In this document: positions 40,217 through 50,255 of the stretch, in pieces
Layout: each line of letters starts with the position of its first letter
Numbering within the stretch: position 1 is the stretch's first letter
NCBI GenBank assembly: GCA_963698385.1
Contig: CAVOQP010000006.1
Span: forward strand, 150,318 to 214,317
Direction: 5' to 3'
From: an uncultured Acidimicrobiia bacterium
Lineage (GTDB): Bacteria; Actinomycetota; Acidimicrobiia; Spongiisociales; JAENVV01
Length of the DNA stretch: 64,000 bases
Notes under the pieces: model-generated
Seen by the model: only the letters and a program-made list of their open reading frames with translations
Databases searched by the model: none
Told to the model about the DNA's origin: nothing
Position numbers and translations under genes: made by a program

Positions 40217-41101
40217 GTGCTGCAGATGTTGGAGCTGTCGAAGTCCTACGGCGCGGTCCGGGCGATGGACCGGGTCACGCTCGACGTTGGCCGCGGACGA
40301 ATGCTCGGATTCATCGGACCGAACGGTGCCGGGAAGACCACGACGATGCGGGTCCTGTTCGGTTTGGTTCTGCCCGAGTCGGGGAGCGCTGCGTGGAACG
40401 GACGGCCCATCGACTCGCACGTGCGCAAGCGTTTCGGCTACATGCCCGAACAGAGAGGTCTCTACCCCCGGATGCGGGTCGGTGACCACCTCCGGTACAT
40501 CGCCCGCCTTCACGGACTCGATCGCAGGAGCGCCACCACCGCAGTCGACGCGTGGCTGAAGCGGTTTGGTCTTGCGGATCGGGCCGACGACAAGGTCGAA
40601 CAGCTGTCGCACGGCAACCAGCAGCGGATCCAGCTCGCAGCCGCCCTCGTCCACGGCCCGGACCTGCTCGTGCTCGACGAACCGTTCAGTGGCCTCGATC
40701 CCAACGGGGTCGATGAAATGACCGAGATCCTGCACGAGCAGACCGCGAGGGGTGCTTCGGTTCTGTTCTCGTCGCATCAGCTCGAACTCGTGGAGGGGGT
40801 CTGCGAGGACGTCGCGATCATCCGCGATGGTCGGATCGTCCTCCACGGCGACGTCACCGACCTCACCGAGGCATCGCCACTCCGCAGGGTCGAGGTGGGC
40901 GGCGACCTGCCGGCGGGTTGGTACCGGGCTCTGACGGGGGTGGAGCAGGCCCGACCCCGGAACGGCAGAACCATTCTCCTCGTCGACCGTCGTGTCGAGC
41001 CGTCCGATGTGCTGGCTGCCGCCGAGGCGGCCGGCCGGGTTCGCCACTTCTCGTACACACCACCGTCGCTCACCGACCTGTTCCGGGAGTCGGTTCGATG
41101 A
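40217..41101 (+). CDS. ABC transporter ATP-binding protein, ABC-2 (DrrA/NatA-like) exporter type
   Basis: GPNGAGKTTTMRVLFG, LSHGNQQRIQLAAAL, LLVLDEPFSGLDP. C-terminal extension typical of DrrA-like ATPases. Confidence 0.8.
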   Translation: MLQMLELSKSYGAVRAMDRVTLDVGRGRMLGFIGPNGAGKTTTMRVLFGLVLPESGSAAWNGRPIDSHVRKRFGYMPEQRGLYPRMRVGDHLRYIARLHGLDRRSATTAVDAWLKRFGLADRADDKVEQLSHGNQQRIQLAAALVHGPDLLVLDEPFSGLDPNGVDEMTEILHEQTARGASVLFSSHQLELVEGVCEDVAIIRDGRIVLHGDVTDLTEASPLRRVEVGGDLPAGWYRALTGVEQARPRNGRTILLVDRRVEPSDVLAAAEAAGRVRHFSYTPPSLTDLFRESVR

Positions 41102-42300
41102 CCCCGACCCAGGAGGTCCTGGCCGTTGCCCGGCGCGAGTTCACGGAGCGCCTCCGCTCGAAGGCGTTCCTTGTCTCGACGATCGCCACCACCCTCGTGG
41201 CTGCCCTGCTCCTCGCCCTCCCAAGCCTGATCGAGGAACGCATCGACCAGGTCGAGCTCGGTGCCCACCCGGATGCCTCCGGCCTGGTGGCTGCCCTCGA
41301 CCAGGTGGCCCTCGAGCTCGGCGTCACGATCCTCTTTCGTACGGTCCGCACGGCCGAGGACGTCGAAGCTGCCTTGGCCGACGGTGACATAGACCTCGTT
41401 CTGCTGGCGGATCACTCGATCGTGGTCGAGTCCTCGCTCCGCCAAGCGAGCGGTTTTGAACTGGTGAACGCCGCGCATCGGCTCCTCGTATTGAGGGAAG
41501 CGGCGGACGCGGTAGGGGTCGATGATGAACGCCTGGGTGATCTCCTCGCGCTTGAACTGGCCGTCGAGAGCGTCGGGGTGACGGGGGGTGGCGACGAAGC
41601 CCGGACATCGATAGCCACCGGTGGCCTCATCCTCACCTACATGGCCATCCTCATGTACGGTGCCTGGACCCTCATGGGCGTCACCGAGGAGAAGAGCAGC
41701 CGGGTGGTCGAGCTCATCCTCGCAACCATCCGCCCCCGCCACCTCTTGGCGGGAAAGGTGCTCGGCATCGGCAGCCTGGCGGTTGGCCAGATGCTCCTCA
41801 TTGCCGGGGTCCTCATCGGCGTCGGGATGGGGGTGGGAACCATGGGGACGGTCGAGACCGTCTCGGGGGTGAACGTCTCCACCGTCCCGTTCGATGTGAT
41901 CGGGATCCTCCTCGCCTGGTTCATCGCCGGCTTCGCCCTCTACAACGCCATGTTCGCCGCGGTGGGGAGCCTGATCTCGCGGATCGAGGACGCGCAGTCG
42001 GTGAACCTCCCGATCGCCCTCGGGGTGGTTGCCAGCGTCGCCATCAGCTTCTTCGTGCTTGAGCGTCCCGCCAGCCCGGTCGGGGTGATCGCCACCTTCG
42101 TGCCGTTCTCGGCGCCATTCGTGGCCCCCGTTCGCTTCGCGCTCGGGGTGTTGCCGGCCTGGCAGCTAGTTGTGGCCATGGTCATCACCGTGGGGTTCAC
42201 ATGGGTGATGGTGCGGGTGGCTGGGAGGATCTACCAGGGGGCGATCCTGCGGGTGGGCGGCAAGGTTCCGCTCCGCCAGGCGTGGCGCGGCCTCGAGTAA
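41098..42300 (+). CDS. ABC-2 family transporter permease (NatB-like)
   Basis: ATG 41098 overlaps the ATPase stop. N-terminal TM, large extracytoplasmic loop, then 5 clustered TM helices (LILTYMAILMYGAWTLMGV...). Confidence 0.6.
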   Translation: MTPTQEVLAVARREFTERLRSKAFLVSTIATTLVAALLLALPSLIEERIDQVELGAHPDASGLVAALDQVALELGVTILFRTVRTAEDVEAALADGDIDLVLLADHSIVVESSLRQASGFELVNAAHRLLVLREAADAVGVDDERLGDLLALELAVESVGVTGGGDEARTSIATGGLILTYMAILMYGAWTLMGVTEEKSSRVVELILATIRPRHLLAGKVLGIGSLAVGQMLLIAGVLIGVGMGVGTMGTVETVSGVNVSTVPFDVIGILLAWFIAGFALYNAMFAAVGSLISRIEDAQSVNLPIALGVVASVAISFFVLERPASPVGVIATFVPFSAPFVAPVRFALGVLPAWQLVVAMVITVGFTWVMVRVAGRIYQGAILRVGGKVPLRQAWRGLE

Positions 42301-42315
42301 CGAGGTCGTTGGCGA

Positions 42316-45204
42316 TCAGGCCTTGCCAGACTCCAGTGCCTGGTCGGCCAGCACCTGTGAGAAGATGTGGTCGGGGATGGCCGCGGCCGCCATCGGGCGG
42401 GCCATGAAGTATCCCTGGCCGGTGTTGCACCCGAGGTCGCGGAGGAAGGCGGCGTGCTGACTCTCCTCGATGCCCTCGGCGATGACCTCGAGGCCCAAAC
42501 CCTCGGCCAGCCGCACGGTGGCCTCGACGATCGACGCCGACGTGGCCGAGTTGAGCAAGTCCTTCACGAACTCCTGGGCGACCTTGATCCGGTTGACCTG
42601 GAACTGTTTGAGGTAGAGCAGCGACGAGTAGCCGGTGCCGAAGTCGTCGATCGCCAACCGGATCCCTGCCGACCGAAGGGAGGCAAGCACGTCCGTGTTG
42701 CCCGGGTCGGCCGAGAGCAGGGCGGCTTCCGTGAGCTCCAGTTCGATTCGATCGAGCTCGATCGGACAGGAGGAGAACTCGGCGAGGATCGTGTCGGCGA
42801 ACGTCGGGTCCTGCAGTTCCATGGGCGAGAGATTGACCCCGACCAGGGGAACCCGGAGCCCGGCGTCCTCCCACCGCTTGGCCTGCGCGAACGCCTCGGT
42901 CCGGACCCAACGTCCGATGGGGCGCATCAGGCCGTGGTCCTCCGCGACCCCTATGAAGAGGCCCGGAGGGACGATCCCGCGCGACGGATGGTCCCACCGA
43001 ATGAGCGCCTCGACGCCGGTGAGCTCCCCCGTGGTCAGGTTGTACTGGGGTTGGTAGTGGAGGAGGAACTGGTTGTGGGTGATGGCTTCCCGGAGTTCCT
43101 GGGCGATCTGGAGGTCGACCTTGAGCTGACGTCCCAGCTCCTCGTTGAACCAGACGGCGGTGTTGCGGCCGAGGTGCTTGGCTTGATAGAGCGCCACGTC
43201 GGCTTCATCGATCAGTTCGTCGGGCGCCTTTTCCCCCACCGAAGTCGTGATCCCGATGCTCGTCGAGATCTGGACCTCGCTCCCCATGAGCGTGAAGGGC
43301 TCACGCATCGAATCGAGGATCCGCTCGGCCAAGCGGTTCGCTTCTTCGGTGGTGGCGCCCTCGGTCAGGATGGCGAACTCGTCGCCGCCGAGCCGAGCGA
43401 CGACATCGACCTCGCGGACGATCGACTTGAAGCGGTTGCCGGCCTTCCGGATGAGTTGGTCGCCGGCCGGGTGCCCGAACGTGTCGTTGACGTTCTTGAA
43501 CCGGTCGAGGTCGAGGAACATGAGGTGGAGAGGTTCGCCGGTGCGTCGCGACCTCGCCAGGGAGAAGTCGAGGAGTTCGCGCAGGATGCGCCGGTTGGGG
43601 AGGCCGGTGAGGTCGTCGTGGGTGGCGAGGTAGTGGATTCGCTCCTCAGCCCTCAGTTGGTGGGTGATGTTCTCGATGACGGCGACGAGGTTCGCCACCT
43701 CGCCGTCGGGGTCCCTCACGGACGACATGGCCACTTCCGCTGTGATCGGGCGGCGGTTGAGGCCTTGGATCTCCAGGCGACCGGACCACGATCCGCTGTT
43801 GGCCGCCTGGTAGATCTCATCCCAGTTCGTCGTGTGGTCCTCGGTGTCGAGGATCGAGAGTGGTTTGCCCTGTGCGAGGAGGTTGGGGAAGCCGGTCATC
43901 GACGAGAACGCGGCGTTCGTCCACTCGATCTCGCCCTCGGGGGAGGTGACTGCCACCGCTGCCACGGTGGAGTTGAAGGCCGCAGTGATCACCTCCAGCC
44001 GTCGCATGTGGTCCTTGAGGTCCGTGATGTCGCGCCCCACCTCGACCGCCCCGACCGGGCGATCACCGGTGCCGGGGATCAGGAACGCAGATGCGATGAT
44101 GTCTCGTTCTCCCTTGGGGGTCGTGACCTTCAGTTCGAGCCCGGGGCCGAAGGCGCGGTCGTCGGCGATCACGGCAGCCTCGTTGAACACCTCTTCGAGG
44201 GGGGCGATCGCTTCCAGGCGCCACTCCTCGGCGAGGCGGTTCGCGAATCGGGCACCGGTCTCGAACGAGTGGGCGACGATCCCGTCCCCGGTGGCGTTGA
44301 GGATCGCCTCGAGGAACCGCTCGGTGTGTGAGAGGGTTGACGACACGGTTCGGAGTTCGGTGACGTCGGCCCAGACCGAGACTGCCCCGATCTGTCGGTG
44401 GAACGAGTTGTAGAGGGGGCGGGCGCTGGCTTCGAACTGTGTGGGGCCTTCCCTGCAGTCGATGGACAGGCGGGCGGAACGGACGATCTCCCCGCGGTGG
44501 GCCCGCGCCAACGGCAGGTCGGGCTGAGGGACGTCTCGGCCGGTGGAGTCCCTTGCCCGCAGGATGGTGCCGTCCCAAGCCTCGTCGGTGAACCGGGCGA
44601 AGTAGTTCCGGGCTGCGGCGTTGGTGGTGGTGATCCTCCCACGCATGTCGATGGCGATGATGGCCTCGGCGGTTGCGTCCATCACGCTTTCGAGGAGCAC
44701 CTGGTCGTCGCTGAGGGCGGTGATCGTCTGGTCACGTTCGGTCACGTCCTGGGCGACCAGGAGGACGCGCTCTCCGTCGGCCGGGGTGAGGGCCACGTCG
44801 TACGTCCGCACGTCTCCCGCGGCACCGCGGAGGCGGATGGCCCCGTACTCGAGGTCGCGGCTGGCCAGGGCCCGCGAAAGGAGGGGCGGGAGCGAGGGCG
44901 GCACGAGTTCGTCGAGGACTTCGTGGAGGAGGTCGACGAGGGGCTTGCCTGCACCGTCGGCCGGAGGGACACCCGCCACCGCCCACAGGCTGGGGTTGGC
45001 GTACTCGACCAACCCGGACGCGTCGACGACCGCGATGAGAGCCTCCTGCTCGGCGAGGAGTGCGAGGACGACCGCCAACTCGCTCTCGATTCGTTGCGGC
45101 TCCACTGCGGCTCCTGGTCGGCGGCTGATCACGGTGGCTGCCAACGGAGTTGAATCGCCCGATCCCGCGCTTGAGAACGAGCGTTCAAGCCTCCCTGTGG
45201 CCAC
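42316..45204 (-). CDS. multi-PAS sensor diguanylate cyclase/phosphodiesterase (PAS x3-4, GGDEF, EAL)
   Basis: GGDEF domain with intact RLGGDEFAIL. EAL domain with EALIRW...DDFGTGYSSL...KVAQEF. Several PAS/PAC repeats N-terminal. Confidence 0.85.
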   Translation of the reverse strand: MATGRLERSFSSAGSGDSTPLAATVISRRPGAAVEPQRIESELAVVLALLAEQEALIAVVDASGLVEYANPSLWAVAGVPPADGAGKPLVDLLHEVLDELVPPSLPPLLSRALASRDLEYGAIRLRGAAGDVRTYDVALTPADGERVLLVAQDVTERDQTITALSDDQVLLESVMDATAEAIIAIDMRGRITTTNAAARNYFARFTDEAWDGTILRARDSTGRDVPQPDLPLARAHRGEIVRSARLSIDCREGPTQFEASARPLYNSFHRQIGAVSVWADVTELRTVSSTLSHTERFLEAILNATGDGIVAHSFETGARFANRLAEEWRLEAIAPLEEVFNEAAVIADDRAFGPGLELKVTTPKGERDIIASAFLIPGTGDRPVGAVEVGRDITDLKDHMRRLEVITAAFNSTVAAVAVTSPEGEIEWTNAAFSSMTGFPNLLAQGKPLSILDTEDHTTNWDEIYQAANSGSWSGRLEIQGLNRRPITAEVAMSSVRDPDGEVANLVAVIENITHQLRAEERIHYLATHDDLTGLPNRRILRELLDFSLARSRRTGEPLHLMFLDLDRFKNVNDTFGHPAGDQLIRKAGNRFKSIVREVDVVARLGGDEFAILTEGATTEEANRLAERILDSMREPFTLMGSEVQISTSIGITTSVGEKAPDELIDEADVALYQAKHLGRNTAVWFNEELGRQLKVDLQIAQELREAITHNQFLLHYQPQYNLTTGELTGVEALIRWDHPSRGIVPPGLFIGVAEDHGLMRPIGRWVRTEAFAQAKRWEDAGLRVPLVGVNLSPMELQDPTFADTILAEFSSCPIELDRIELELTEAALLSADPGNTDVLASLRSAGIRLAIDDFGTGYSSLLYLKQFQVNRIKVAQEFVKDLLNSATSASIVEATVRLAEGLGLEVIAEGIEESQHAAFLRDLGCNTGQGYFMARPMAAAAIPDHIFSQVLADQALESGKA

Positions 45205-45269
45205 TCAGCCGATTATACCCAGAAGGCGCGTACGGTGGGTGAATAGCTACGCAAGGTGGCGAGGAACAC

Positions 45270-46517
45270 TCACTGCGGTGGGCGATCGGCGAGGAGCAGT
45301 CCGGGTTCACTCGTCCAGCCGGCGAGGAGGGAGAGGAAGCGTGATGCCTCGGTGCCGTCGGCGACCCGGTGGTCGAAGGCCAGGCTGAGGTTGAGGGTCG
45401 GACGTACGACGACCACGCCGGCCTCCACCACGGCCCGGTCCCGGATCGCGCCCATTCCGAGGATCGCCACGTCTGGATGGTTGATGAGAGGGATCCCGCC
45501 ATCGACCCCGAGTGCGCCGAAGTTGGTGATCGTGAATGTGGACCCCACCAGGTCCGAGGGCGTCAGCGCGTTGGCCCGGGCTCCGTCGGCGAGACGGGCC
45601 AACTCGGCCGAGAGTTCGCGGATGGTGAGCGTCTGGGCGTTCCGCACCACCGGCACGATGAGTCCCCGGTCGGTGGCCGTTGCCACGCCGAGGTGGATTT
45701 CGCCGAGCAGCGTGATCTCCTCCGCCGTGTAGCGGGCATTGAGATGGGGAACCGCCCTCAGGCCCTCGACCACCAAGCGGCAGAGGATGGAGAGTGCGGT
45801 GATGCGCTCATCGGGGTGTTGTGCCTTGAGTGCCTTGCGCAGGCTCTGGAGGCCGGACGCGTCCGCCTCGAGCCACGCCGCGGCGGCAGGAATCGTGTGG
45901 GAGACCTCCATGTGGTGGGCGATGGTGCGTCGAACGCCGCGAACGGGGATGGTCGACCCGGGCGTCGGGGGAGGTGCCGGGCGCGTGCTGCTTCTGGGAG
46001 CGGACGGGCTGTCTGCTGCCCGCAGCACGTCGTCACGGCTCACCGTGCCCTGGGGCCCGGTGGCGGAGACCGTGGCGAGGTCGATGCCGAGCTCCTTGGC
46101 GAGCTTGCGAACGGGTGGCTTCACCAACGGTTTCGCCGGGGTCCGGAGCTCCGGTTCCCGGGCGGGGGACGTGGGGCGGCGGCGGCGTTGCTGGCCCTCC
46201 TCGGACGTTGCCCCGTACCCCACGAGGTTGGGGACTCGCTCCTCGTCGGGCGGGGCGGGGGCGCTCGTTCCTTCCCCACCGACCTCGGAGAAGGTGATGA
46301 GGGGTGTACCGACCTCCACCATGTCTCCGGCTGATGCATGGAGCTCCTCGACGACCCCGGCGAATGGCGATGGGATGATCACCGAGGCCTTGGCCGTCTC
46401 GACCTCGACGATGTCCTGGTCCTGGGCGACGTCGTCGCCGACCGCCACTTTCCATTCGACGATCTCGGCCTCCGTGAGGCCTTCGCCGAGGTCGGGGAGG
46501 TTGAAGGTCCTGGGCAT
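45270..46517 (-). CDS. dihydrolipoamide acyltransferase E2 of a branched-chain alpha-keto acid dehydrogenase complex
   Basis: ATG at 46517. Lipoyl domain VEVETAKASVIIPSPFAG. E3-binding domain PAKPLVKPPVRKLAKELGIDL. Catalytic domain with DHRVADG. Confidence 0.8.
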   Translation of the reverse strand: MPRTFNLPDLGEGLTEAEIVEWKVAVGDDVAQDQDIVEVETAKASVIIPSPFAGVVEELHASAGDMVEVGTPLITFSEVGGEGTSAPAPPDEERVPNLVGYGATSEEGQQRRRRPTSPAREPELRTPAKPLVKPPVRKLAKELGIDLATVSATGPQGTVSRDDVLRAADSPSAPRSSTRPAPPPTPGSTIPVRGVRRTIAHHMEVSHTIPAAAAWLEADASGLQSLRKALKAQHPDERITALSILCRLVVEGLRAVPHLNARYTAEEITLLGEIHLGVATATDRGLIVPVVRNAQTLTIRELSAELARLADGARANALTPSDLVGSTFTITNFGALGVDGGIPLINHPDVAILGMGAIRDRAVVEAGVVVVRPTLNLSLAFDHRVADGTEASRFLSLLAGWTSEPGLLLADRPPQ

Positions 46518-47488
46518 CAGTACTCCAGGGTCCGCTCGACGGCGTCGAGGATGCGATCGACCGAGGGAAGGTGATACTTCTCGAGCAACGCCGGGGGGTA
46601 GGGGATGTCGAACCCGGTCACCCGCTGCACGGGAGCCTCGAGGGAGTAGAACGCGTGCTCCTGGACGAGGGCCGCCACCTCGGCCGACACCCCGAGGGTG
46701 CCGGACGCCTCGTGGACGACGACGAGACGCCCGGTGTGTTGCACCGACTCGACGAGCGTGTGATGGTCGAGCGGGCTGAGCGAGCGCAAGTCCACGACCT
46801 CGAGCGACCAACCATGCTCCTTGGCCACCCGGGCCGCCTCGAGGCAGGTTCGCACGGTGGGGCCGTAGGTGGCGATGGTGGCCGTCTCACCCCGCGTCCG
46901 GTAGGCGGCTCTCTCGAACTCGGCCGCCTTGGTGGGCATGTCGCCGTCGGACTTCTCGTAGTAGCGGCGCTTCGGTTCGAGGAAGATCACGGGGTCGTCG
47001 CTCTCGACGGCGGCGCGGAGGAGGCCATAGGCGTCCTCGGGCGTCCCGGGAGTGATGACGCGGAGGCCCGCCGTGTGCACGAAGTAGCTCTCCGGGCTCT
47101 CGGAGTGATGCTCGACCGCCCCGATGCCGCCTCCATACGGGATTCGGACGACCAGGGGGACCCGCACCTTTCCATTCGTCCGGCTGTGGTACTTGGCAAC
47201 GTGGGAGACGATTTGGTCGAAGGCCGGGAACATGAAGCCGTCGAACTGGATCTCGACCACGGGTCGGAAACCGTTCATGGCGAACCCGAGGGCGGTCCCG
47301 ACGATCCCTGACTCGGCGAGGGGGGTATCGAAGCACCGGCGGTTCCCGAACTCGGCCTGGAGGCCGGCGGTGATTCGGAACACCCCGCCGAGCTGGCCGA
47401 CATCCTCCCCGAAGACAATCACCCGTTCGTCCGCCTCCATGGCGTCGTGCAGTGCCCGGTTGAGGCCTTCGGCGAGTGTGAAGCTCAT
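46517..47488 (-). CDS. 2-oxoisovalerate/pyruvate dehydrogenase E1 beta subunit
   Basis: Transketolase-like pyrimidine-binding domain (VIVFGEDVGQLGGVFRITAGLQAEFG). ATGA overlap with E2 start. Confidence 0.85.
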   Translation of the reverse strand: MSFTLAEGLNRALHDAMEADERVIVFGEDVGQLGGVFRITAGLQAEFGNRRCFDTPLAESGIVGTALGFAMNGFRPVVEIQFDGFMFPAFDQIVSHVAKYHSRTNGKVRVPLVVRIPYGGGIGAVEHHSESPESYFVHTAGLRVITPGTPEDAYGLLRAAVESDDPVIFLEPKRRYYEKSDGDMPTKAAEFERAAYRTRGETATIATYGPTVRTCLEAARVAKEHGWSLEVVDLRSLSPLDHHTLVESVQHTGRLVVVHEASGTLGVSAEVAALVQEHAFYSLEAPVQRVTGFDIPYPPALLEKYHLPSVDRILDAVERTLEY

Positions 47489-48573
47489 CCCTCCACCTCA
47501 GCCATCTCGGCGATGAGGAAGCGTTTCTGTGCCTCGAGCTGTGCCGTCGGTCGGGTGAACACCGCGTCGAACAAGCGCTCGACCGGTGGAGCGGTGGCGC
47601 TCACGATCTCCTCGCGTACGGCATTCGCCTCCTCGGTGGCCGCCGCCCGGATCTCCTCCGCGAGTACGTCGTCGAGGAGGTTGCGGGACCGAAGGAACCG
47701 GTCGAAGCGCAGGATCGGGCTCTTCTCGGACCACTCGTCGACTTCCTCGCGGGACCGGTAGCGGGTGTCATCGTCCGCCGTGGTGTGCGGCTGCATCCGA
47801 TAGGTGAGGGCCTCGATGATCGAAGGCCCGAGCCCCGCCTTGGCCCGGTCGAGAGCTGCCTTGGTGACGAAGTAGGTGGCGATGATGTCGTTGCCATCGA
47901 CGAGGTAGCCCTGGGCGCCGTACCCGACTCCCTTGTGGGCGATGGTTGGCGCGGCATTCTGGTGGGCCCGTGGGAGGGAGATCGCGAAATGGTTGTTCTG
48001 GATGAAGAAGACCACCGGTGCCTGGTAGACGGCGGCGTAGTTGACCGCTTCGTGGAAGTCGCCCTCGGAGGTGCCACCCTCGCCGGTGAAGGTGATGACG
48101 GCGTTGAGTTCACCCTTGAACTTGGAGGCGGTGGCGAAGCCGGTCGCGTGGAGGAGTTGGGTCGATATGGGGATCGAGTGCGGGGCAACCTTGTGGTCGT
48201 ACGGGTTGTACCCGCCATGCCAAACGCCCTTGTACTGGGTGAGGAGACCGGTGAACGGCACCCCGCGGACGAGTGTCACGCCATGGTCGCGGTACCCGGG
48301 GAAGATCCAGTCATCAGGCGAGAGCGCTTTGGCGCAACCGACCTGGGCTCCCTCCTGGCCGCGGCAGGAAGCCCAGACTCCGAGCTGGCCCTGCCGTTGG
48401 AGGGAGACCGCCAGGGTGTCGAGGGTCCGGGTCCGGATCATGTCGCGGTACATGCCGACGAGGTCGGCGTCCGAGAGACCGATGTGGGGGGTGTCGGGGG
48501 AGAGGGTGCCGTCGGGGGCGAGGAACGAGATGGGCTCGGCCGAGGGGAGGAGTACGTTGGGGTCGGCGTTCAT
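47485..48573 (-). CDS. 2-oxoisovalerate/pyruvate dehydrogenase E1 alpha subunit (TPP-dependent)
   Basis: ATG at 48573. TPP motif GEGGTSEGDFHEAVNYAAVYQAPVVFFIQNNHFAIS. Confidence 0.85.
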   Translation of the reverse strand: MNADPNVLLPSAEPISFLAPDGTLSPDTPHIGLSDADLVGMYRDMIRTRTLDTLAVSLQRQGQLGVWASCRGQEGAQVGCAKALSPDDWIFPGYRDHGVTLVRGVPFTGLLTQYKGVWHGGYNPYDHKVAPHSIPISTQLLHATGFATASKFKGELNAVITFTGEGGTSEGDFHEAVNYAAVYQAPVVFFIQNNHFAISLPRAHQNAAPTIAHKGVGYGAQGYLVDGNDIIATYFVTKAALDRAKAGLGPSIIEALTYRMQPHTTADDDTRYRSREEVDEWSEKSPILRFDRFLRSRNLLDDVLAEEIRAAATEEANAVREEIVSATAPPVERLFDAVFTRPTAQLEAQKRFLIAEMAEVEG

Positions 48574-48724
48574 CGGGACTCCTTCGGACGAGCAGCCAGT
48601 AGGTGCATCGTACGTCGAAACGGCAGGAGAATGATTGCGTAATGAGCGTCCTGATGGGGTTGTACGCAACCTGATGGCGCGCTGGCGTCGATTCGTGTGC
48701 TGAGATTGCTACTACACTCCGATC

Positions 48725-49195
48725 ATGCGTAGCAGTAGCCGCCTCGATGCGATCGATCGGCACATCCTCGGGATCCTGCAGGAGGAGGGACGGCTGGCGA
48801 ACCAGGAGCTGGCCGATCGGGTCGGTCTCTCGCCCTCACCCTGTCTCAGGCGGGTGCGGCGACTCGAACAGGACGGCTACATCGACCGCTACGTGGCGCT
48901 CGTCGACCCCGACCTTGTCGACCGGGGCCTGGACGTGTTCGTGCAGGTGAGGCTGGAACGGCAGAACCTCCGCGCCGTCGAGCGGTTCGAGTCGGAGGTG
49001 GTCGGACTGCCCGAGGTCCAGGCCTGCTTCAGGATGGTCGGGGACATCGACTTCCTTCTCCATCTGGTGCTCCCGGACCTCCACGGCTGGGACACCTTCT
49101 ACATGCGGCACCTCGGGGAGATCTCGGGCGTGGCGGGCCTGACGTCGATGATCGCCATGCGTCGCACGAAATATACGACCGCTGTCCCCGTGTAG
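48725..49195 (+). CDS. Lrp/AsnC family transcriptional regulator (BkdR-like), divergent from the E1/E2 operon
   Basis: HTH (DAIDRHILGILQEEGRLANQELADRVGLSPSPCLRRVRRLE) followed by a RAM/AsnC_trans_reg domain. Confidence 0.8.
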   Translation: MRSSSRLDAIDRHILGILQEEGRLANQELADRVGLSPSPCLRRVRRLEQDGYIDRYVALVDPDLVDRGLDVFVQVRLERQNLRAVERFESEVVGLPEVQACFRMVGDIDFLLHLVLPDLHGWDTFYMRHLGEISGVAGLTSMIAMRRTKYTTAVPV

Positions 49196-49253
49196 GGGCT
49201 CCTCGTCCCGGGGTCGTTTCGGCGCGCTGGGAGTCAGACGATCCCGAGACGGA

Positions 49254-50255
49254 CTAACTCCTCGGACGGGCGATGTCGCGCACGCCGAGTCCGACGAGGT
49301 AGAAGGACGCCGAGAACAGCGTGATGGCGATCGATGCCGAGCCGATCGCCTCCCAAGGGATCCCGGCCCGGTTGGCGGGGGGGAGCGAGAGCGAGAAGAA
49401 GATGATCGTTCCCCAGTTGAGTCGGGTATCGGAGAAGCCGAGGAACGACACGAACCCATCGGCGACGATCGCCCCGCTCACACCCAAGAGCATGTAGAGG
49501 GCGGCGACCGGGACGAGGTGAGGGAGGAGGTGGTTGAGGATGATCTGGCGTGGTCCGGCCCCGGCCACCTTGGCCGCGTCGATGAAGGGGCGGGAGAGGA
49601 TCGACAGCGCTTGGCTGCGCAGCACGATCGCTGCTGCCCCCGCACCGGAGACCACCCCGTACAGGACCCCGAAGACGAGCGGTGTCAGGTAGTCCCGGAG
49701 TGGCCCTGCCCCGAGGATGACCATGAGCAGGGGCGCCGGGAGAACGAGGAGCGCGTCGGAGACCTGGGTGAGCACCGCATCGGTTGATCGTCGGAAGTAG
49801 GCCCCGAGCGTCGCCACCACCACGCCGACGATCGCGGTCACGACGGCCGCCGACAGCCCGACCACGAATGACGGTGCGGTGGCCGCCAACACCATCGAGA
49901 GCACGTCGCGGCCGATGTTGTCGACCCCGAGTGGGTGCTCCTTGGTGAATGACTTGGGCTGTGTCACCTGGACGAACGTGTCACCCGGCTTGTAGAAGGG
50001 GTTCTGCATCCGGGCGTGCATGACGTCGATCTGGGTGTCGGGGTCGGTGACGACCTCGACGATCTCCAGCTCCTTCTCCACGTCGTCGTGTCCGAAGATC
50101 GGGTGATAGGTGGCGCGATCCCAGACCGTGGCCATCAGGATCGGATGGCTGATGGCGGCCACCAGGAACAGTCCGATCAGGAAGATCCCGAGCATGGCGA
50201 GCTTGTTCGCTCGGAACTTCTCCCACGCCTCACCGAGCCAGGATCGCCGCCTCAC
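49254..50255 (-). CDS. peptide/nickel-type ABC transporter permease (DppC/OppC-like)
   Basis: BPD_transp_1 EAA-region. N-terminal LAMLGIFLIGLFLVAAI typical of DppC. Confidence 0.7.
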   Translation of the reverse strand: MRRRSWLGEAWEKFRANKLAMLGIFLIGLFLVAAISHPILMATVWDRATYHPIFGHDDVEKELEIVEVVTDPDTQIDVMHARMQNPFYKPGDTFVQVTQPKSFTKEHPLGVDNIGRDVLSMVLAATAPSFVVGLSAAVVTAIVGVVVATLGAYFRRSTDAVLTQVSDALLVLPAPLLMVILGAGPLRDYLTPLVFGVLYGVVSGAGAAAIVLRSQALSILSRPFIDAAKVAGAGPRQIILNHLLPHLVPVAALYMLLGVSGAIVADGFVSFLGFSDTRLNWGTIIFFSLSLPPANRAGIPWEAIGSASIAITLFSASFYLVGLGVRDIARPRS

